NCBI GenBank assembly: GCA_965221695.1
Contig: OZ244905.1
Coordinates: 1,632,001-1,696,000 of the forward strand
Direction of reading: 5' to 3'
Length of the DNA: 64,000 nt
DNA from: Gammaproteobacteria bacterium
GTDB lineage: Bacteria; Pseudomonadota; Gammaproteobacteria; Eutrophobiales; Eutrophobiaceae
How positions within the stretch are numbered: position 1 is the first letter of the stretch; every line of letters begins with the position of its first letter. The notes under the pieces are model-generated. The model was not told the origin of the DNA. It saw only the letters and a list, made by a program, of their open reading frames with translations, and did not search any database. The position numbers were made by a program, and so were the translations under genes. Below, in pieces: positions 60,199 to 64,000 of this stretch.

Positions 60199-61759
60199 CG
60201 GAAAGCCTTTTTGACAATTGATTTCTTAGTATTTCATTGGTGAAACGACGAATCGCGGACGGATGATGGTCGCCGAGTTCACTAGACACGATCTCGGCAA
60301 GTGCCATAGCAGCGGCAATGTTTAGAACAGCGGTAAAGCTCTCGGAATCGAGCGTCGGAAACTGGGCCATGAACGGGTGCAACATCGCGATGCGGATGGT
60401 TATCTGACGAGGTTCCGGATCAGAGATTGACGGACGATTCTGGATGTCCAGCCAATCTGCACCATTGTCCGCATAGGAAAGTTCTATTCCGACAATCCAA
60501 TCCTCACTACGAAAACGCATACGAATGCGCACATGCTCATTGTCACTTTCAGGAATGTCGGGCAATGGCGTGTTTTTATCTTGCACTGCGTTAAATTGGT
60601 AAGAGGCGCCTTGGCCGACCGATTGTGTTGCCGATGTCAGGCTTTGATTATTCAGTTGCTCAGCCATGGACATCAGTGCGGATGTAGCATCCTTGCGAGT
60701 GGCCTTCACATCCTTCTTGCTCCGGTGCTCGCGCACCTGCTGAAGCAATGGTAGTCCGTCTCCCGAAAGCATCATGCGGAGTTCTTTTAGGAAAGTTTCT
60801 TCAGCGTCCTCCCACTTGATGCCGTCCTTCGTATGACTGACGTGAAATCCCTTGAGGTGAATTTCACCAAAAATTCGCTGAAACGCGAAGGTGTTAGAGC
60901 GTCCGAATATGTGCTCGGGGCGGTAGGTCTCGTCGAAGCTTCCCATGATCAGCCGCTTACGCCGAAAGAGTGCCAAACCCGCAAAGCGTGTGCTGCCGGT
61001 TTCACGGATTGCAACGAAACCCGTTGCGGTTCTGTCGTCACCTAGATCAATTTCGATGTCCTTCTTCCAGGTGATGGAGGGGCCATCAGGGTCGCGGTAA
61101 CTCGGCGCGACTAGTATGTCAGGATCTTTGTAAAGCAGCGGATCGCCATCCACTGTCAACTGCATAAAACCATCTCGGATGAATGCGCGATATATACTGG
61201 AAAGATGATCCTTGATCTTCTGAACCGTCCGCCCTTGCGGGAAGCGGCGAATATTGTCAAGTCGGATTTCCGTATAGTGTTTGCCGGCAGATACATTTGT
61301 TGAGATGACGTGCAGTTCTTCCGTGCTGTCCTCCACAATTTTTTCGATGTCGAAGATGACAGAGCGCTCAATATTCTCTCCGAGCGCTGAGGTCCGCACA
61401 GTCCAGTTTGGTGAAAACCAACAAGCTGCGCTTTTCATTCCCATACCAAACTCCGATAGGCCGGACGCATCGGGTGGTATCTCTGCCGGGCGAAAAGCCC
61501 GCCGATAGTCTGACATCGCTATTCCTGCTGCATTGTCACGGATCGTAATGCAGTTCTCTTGCGGTACGAAGCGGATATCGACATGAAGCCTATAGTTTGC
61601 GCCGTCAGTAGCCCTGAGACTTCTCTGATTATCTAGGCTGCTTTGTATTGCGTTATCGACGAATTCCGCCAATGCGTACCACGCCTTATAGTTCAAATGC
61701 GGCAGAACTGAAAGAACATTTACACCAGGGCGAATGTTAACGGAATTCAGTAGTGACAT
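60191..61759 (-). CDS. GHKL/MORC-type HATPase
   Basis: ALAEFVDNAIQS, IRDNAAGI, LSEFGMGMKSAA, HYTEI. Confidence 0.88.
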   Translation of the reverse strand: MSLLNSVNIRPGVNVLSVLPHLNYKAWYALAEFVDNAIQSSLDNQRSLRATDGANYRLHVDIRFVPQENCITIRDNAAGIAMSDYRRAFRPAEIPPDASGLSEFGMGMKSAACWFSPNWTVRTSALGENIERSVIFDIEKIVEDSTEELHVISTNVSAGKHYTEIRLDNIRRFPQGRTVQKIKDHLSSIYRAFIRDGFMQLTVDGDPLLYKDPDILVAPSYRDPDGPSITWKKDIEIDLGDDRTATGFVAIRETGSTRFAGLALFRRKRLIMGSFDETYRPEHIFGRSNTFAFQRIFGEIHLKGFHVSHTKDGIKWEDAEETFLKELRMMLSGDGLPLLQQVREHRSKKDVKATRKDATSALMSMAEQLNNQSLTSATQSVGQGASYQFNAVQDKNTPLPDIPESDNEHVRIRMRFRSEDWIVGIELSYADNGADWLDIQNRPSISDPEPRQITIRIAMLHPFMAQFPTLDSESFTAVLNIAAAMALAEIVSSELGDHHPSAIRRFTNEILRNQLSKRLSDG

Positions 61760-61775
61760 TACTCAACTGCCACAT

Positions 61776-63062
61776 CTATATGGACTGCGCTCTTAATGTG
61801 GGCTTGCCTATTAAGGCATCACAAATATTACGCACGACATCGACATTGACGGCATTTCCAAATGCTTTATAGGCGTCGTTCTTTGTGTCGGGTAGATGGG
61901 TAAGTGAACCCATACTTTGCAGTCGGCTGCATTCGCGTGGAGTCATATAGCGCTTTTGCCATGCAATTATAGGGACCTGGCTGGTCGTCATTGCAATAAG
62001 CGATGGGGCGGCTTCATCCTTTTTTACGCGAATGCCGCTCGCCCGAAACTGGATGAGGTGTTTCCATATACTGCGCTCGGCCCCTTTACAGTTCCACTCA
62101 AGTTTCTGAAAGCTCGGGGGAAACTTTTTGATCTTGTCGATCCAAGGGTCAATTATTGAGTGGTGGACTGCATAAAATGCGCGGTTCTTCATAATAAAGT
62201 CGATCTTCCAACCCGGAAACGTTTTGAGCGATGTGCGCGCATAGGAGGGTAAAGCTGCTTCGACCTGTTCTAGAGATAGGCCAGCCAGAGGAACTCCGAA
62301 CGCCCCCTTGAAGCCGTCAAGCCCGGCGTAACCGCGCGCATGCGGCGTCAGGCCATCTAGTGGATAGTCAGCCCCGAACTCCATAGCCCAAATCGGGAAT
62401 GTAGGCAGGGATTGATCTGTCGGAAATGCTGCGATGAAGTCCTGCCATGTTTCCAGATAAAGGAGATGATCGTTATTTAGTCCCTGCGCTTCGAGCGGCT
62501 CATCATCAAGAATTGAACGGATGGACGTTCGCGGAACAGTTTCCGGGATTGGCCAAGTGAAGTCATCCAAACTCTCTCGATCACCGACAATGAAGGCGCG
62601 CTCACGCTTTTGAGGAATGCCAAACATATGCGGCGATAGGCGCTCAAAGCTAATGTCATAACCAGCATCTTTGAGTCGATTGCAGATTATTGACCAAGTC
62701 TGCCCCCCGTTGTGGCGGATCAAGTTAGGAACATTTTCGATTATGAAAAAGCGAGGCTTCTTCAGCTTCAAGATCGCTACAACGTAGTCAAAGAGATTCC
62801 CCCATTGTGGACATTCAAGGCCCTTTTGGTCCCCGGCCTTTGAGAACGGCTGGCATGGGAAGCCTGCACAAAGAATGTCGTGCTCTGGGATGATGGCGAG
62901 GTTGATTTTTCGAATATCACCAGCGGGTTCTATGCCAAAGTTCTTCCTGTAGAGATCGGCAAGCACATCATTGAGTTCGGATGCGAAAACACATTCTGCT
63001 CCTCGGCTTTTTAGCGCTTGATGGAAGCCGCCTAGCCCGGCAAAGAGATCAATGAACTTCAT
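61776..63062 (-). CDS. DNA (cytosine-5)-methyltransferase
   Basis: FIDLFAGLGG, AGFPCQPFS, IENV, PQKRERAFI, RYMTPRECSRLQ, AFGNAV; ATG at 63062. Confidence 0.95.
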   Translation of the reverse strand: MKFIDLFAGLGGFHQALKSRGAECVFASELNDVLADLYRKNFGIEPAGDIRKINLAIIPEHDILCAGFPCQPFSKAGDQKGLECPQWGNLFDYVVAILKLKKPRFFIIENVPNLIRHNGGQTWSIICNRLKDAGYDISFERLSPHMFGIPQKRERAFIVGDRESLDDFTWPIPETVPRTSIRSILDDEPLEAQGLNNDHLLYLETWQDFIAAFPTDQSLPTFPIWAMEFGADYPLDGLTPHARGYAGLDGFKGAFGVPLAGLSLEQVEAALPSYARTSLKTFPGWKIDFIMKNRAFYAVHHSIIDPWIDKIKKFPPSFQKLEWNCKGAERSIWKHLIQFRASGIRVKKDEAAPSLIAMTTSQVPIIAWQKRYMTPRECSRLQSMGSLTHLPDTKNDAYKAFGNAVNVDVVRNICDALIGKPTLRAQSI

Positions 63063-63214
63063 GGAATCGTTGTGTTCTCCGCAGAGCGCTCTCCGAACGC
63101 GTATGGGTAAGTTTGTGACGCGGTGGTCTTCGGGCGACATGCGGCTTTCCCACTTGATTGTTTGGTGAGAATCTCGGTTTGTTGTGCCGCCACACTCACG
63201 ATGTTAGCTACATC

Positions 63215-63391
63215 AATAAATGCCATTGGTCGGCAACTTACTTTAACAGCATCCCGAACGACCCAAGAAATGGAGACCTTTTTCTGAGCCGCGATTAGTT
63301 GCTCCACAATGTGATCTAGCTCAGATGGAAAGCTAACTGAGGCTCGGTGTGAAGGTGGTCGGCGCACATCTTTCGCTGCTGCCTTTCCCAT
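63215..63391 (-). pseudogene. Ribbon-helix-helix (CopG-like) controller, frameshifted near C-terminus
   Basis: RASVSFP...IAAQKKVSISWVVRDAV then frame change to K*VADQWHLL. Confidence 0.6.
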
Positions 63392-63572
63392 GTCTGCCAG
63401 TCTTCGAAAAGGAAGTGCATCATTCTACACCAAGGTGGTGTAACTCACAATTCCCCATCCCCCATCCCCCATTTCCTAGATATCGAATATTGTTTGCTCC
63501 TGGCGTTATTTCATGTGAGTATGAGTATCATAATTCCAAGTAAACGCAAACAACGAAACTATTCCCGATATC

Positions 63573-63767
63573 ATGGGCAAAAAGATATTAAACTGGCTTC
63601 GAGGAGCAACCACTACAGTTGATTTATGGCCTGACACCTCTTCAAGGATGAGACAGAAGTTTTTGAATCGTTCAGATAAAGACGCCTTGACTCAGGATTG
63701 GAATCGCATTGGGAACGACATGAAAGACGCCATAGGGAAATATGAGCAAGACCAAACCAAGACGTAG
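63573..63767 (+). CDS. 64-aa hypothetical protein (module copy 3, intact)
   Basis: SDKDALTQDWNRIGNDMKDAI; two degraded paralogues in this window support it as a real gene. Confidence 0.65.
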   Translation: MGKKILNWLRGATTTVDLWPDTSSRMRQKFLNRSDKDALTQDWNRIGNDMKDAIGKYEQDQTKT

Positions 63768-63837
63768 CGCTCAACGACCTGGCGGGGGCTGGGCGCCAAG
63801 GCAGAGGCGCTATCCGTAATCAGGACTAGTCGGGCAG

Positions 63838-64000
63838 TTACCGGCAGGCAGCATATAACCCGGGGCAGGCGCGCTCGATCATGTCGAGCACATCCTCGAA
63901 GCCCTGGGGGCCGCCGTAGTAGGGGTCAGGCACATCAGGCGCCAGTTCGGGGCGGTCTTGCCAGGACGGGAGAAATGATCCCAGTAGCCGAATATGGGGT
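63838..64000 (-). CDS. Low molecular weight protein-tyrosine phosphatase, C-terminal part
   Basis: IRLLGSF...DVPDPYYGGPQGFEDVLDMIERAC; runs off window edge. Confidence 0.75.
   Translation of the reverse strand, partial: PHIRLLGSFLPSWQDRPELAPDVPDPYYGGPQGFEDVLDMIERACPGLYAACR

Noticed and set aside
63449-63476. TCCCCCA low-complexity repeat
   Set aside because: Short pyrimidine-rich run with no supportable function

Overview
GC-rich, probably gammaproteobacterial chromosomal window (taxon inferred from the recA-recX-alaS-lysC-csrA-tRNA-Ser block). From left to right: (1) an aromatic/N-heterocycle catabolic cluster (CarAa-like Rieske oxygenase, flavin reductase, flavin monooxygenase) beside tRNA-Arg; (2) fhs, a reductive dehalogenase/QueG-like Fe-S protein, an ADP-ribosylglycohydrolase, RidA, katG, an omega-transaminase, zur, selO and a serralysin-like RTX protease next to tRNA-Ser; (3) the housekeeping block, preceded by an orphan, order-reversed virB3-virB2 pair, a 125-bp REP-like tandem array, gshA and rsmE; (4) an MSHA/T2SS-like pilus cluster with an ABC transporter, a 940-aa repeat-containing pilin-like protein and an inserted toxin-antitoxin pair; (5) a TonB receptor-sulfatase-dipeptidase locus; (6) an AT-rich defence region with IS3/IS21 remnants, a split Dsr1-like sirtuin, vapBC, and a Dcm-HATPase-Z1-DUF4420 (Mza-like) operon, punctuated by three diverged copies of one small module. 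The most unusual signals are a dispersed MITE-like multi-hairpin family (about 12 copies) with GGA loops, one exactly matching the CsrA binding consensus, and the repeat-delimited cassette architecture of the defence region. Family assignments come from motif recognition only; no searches were run.
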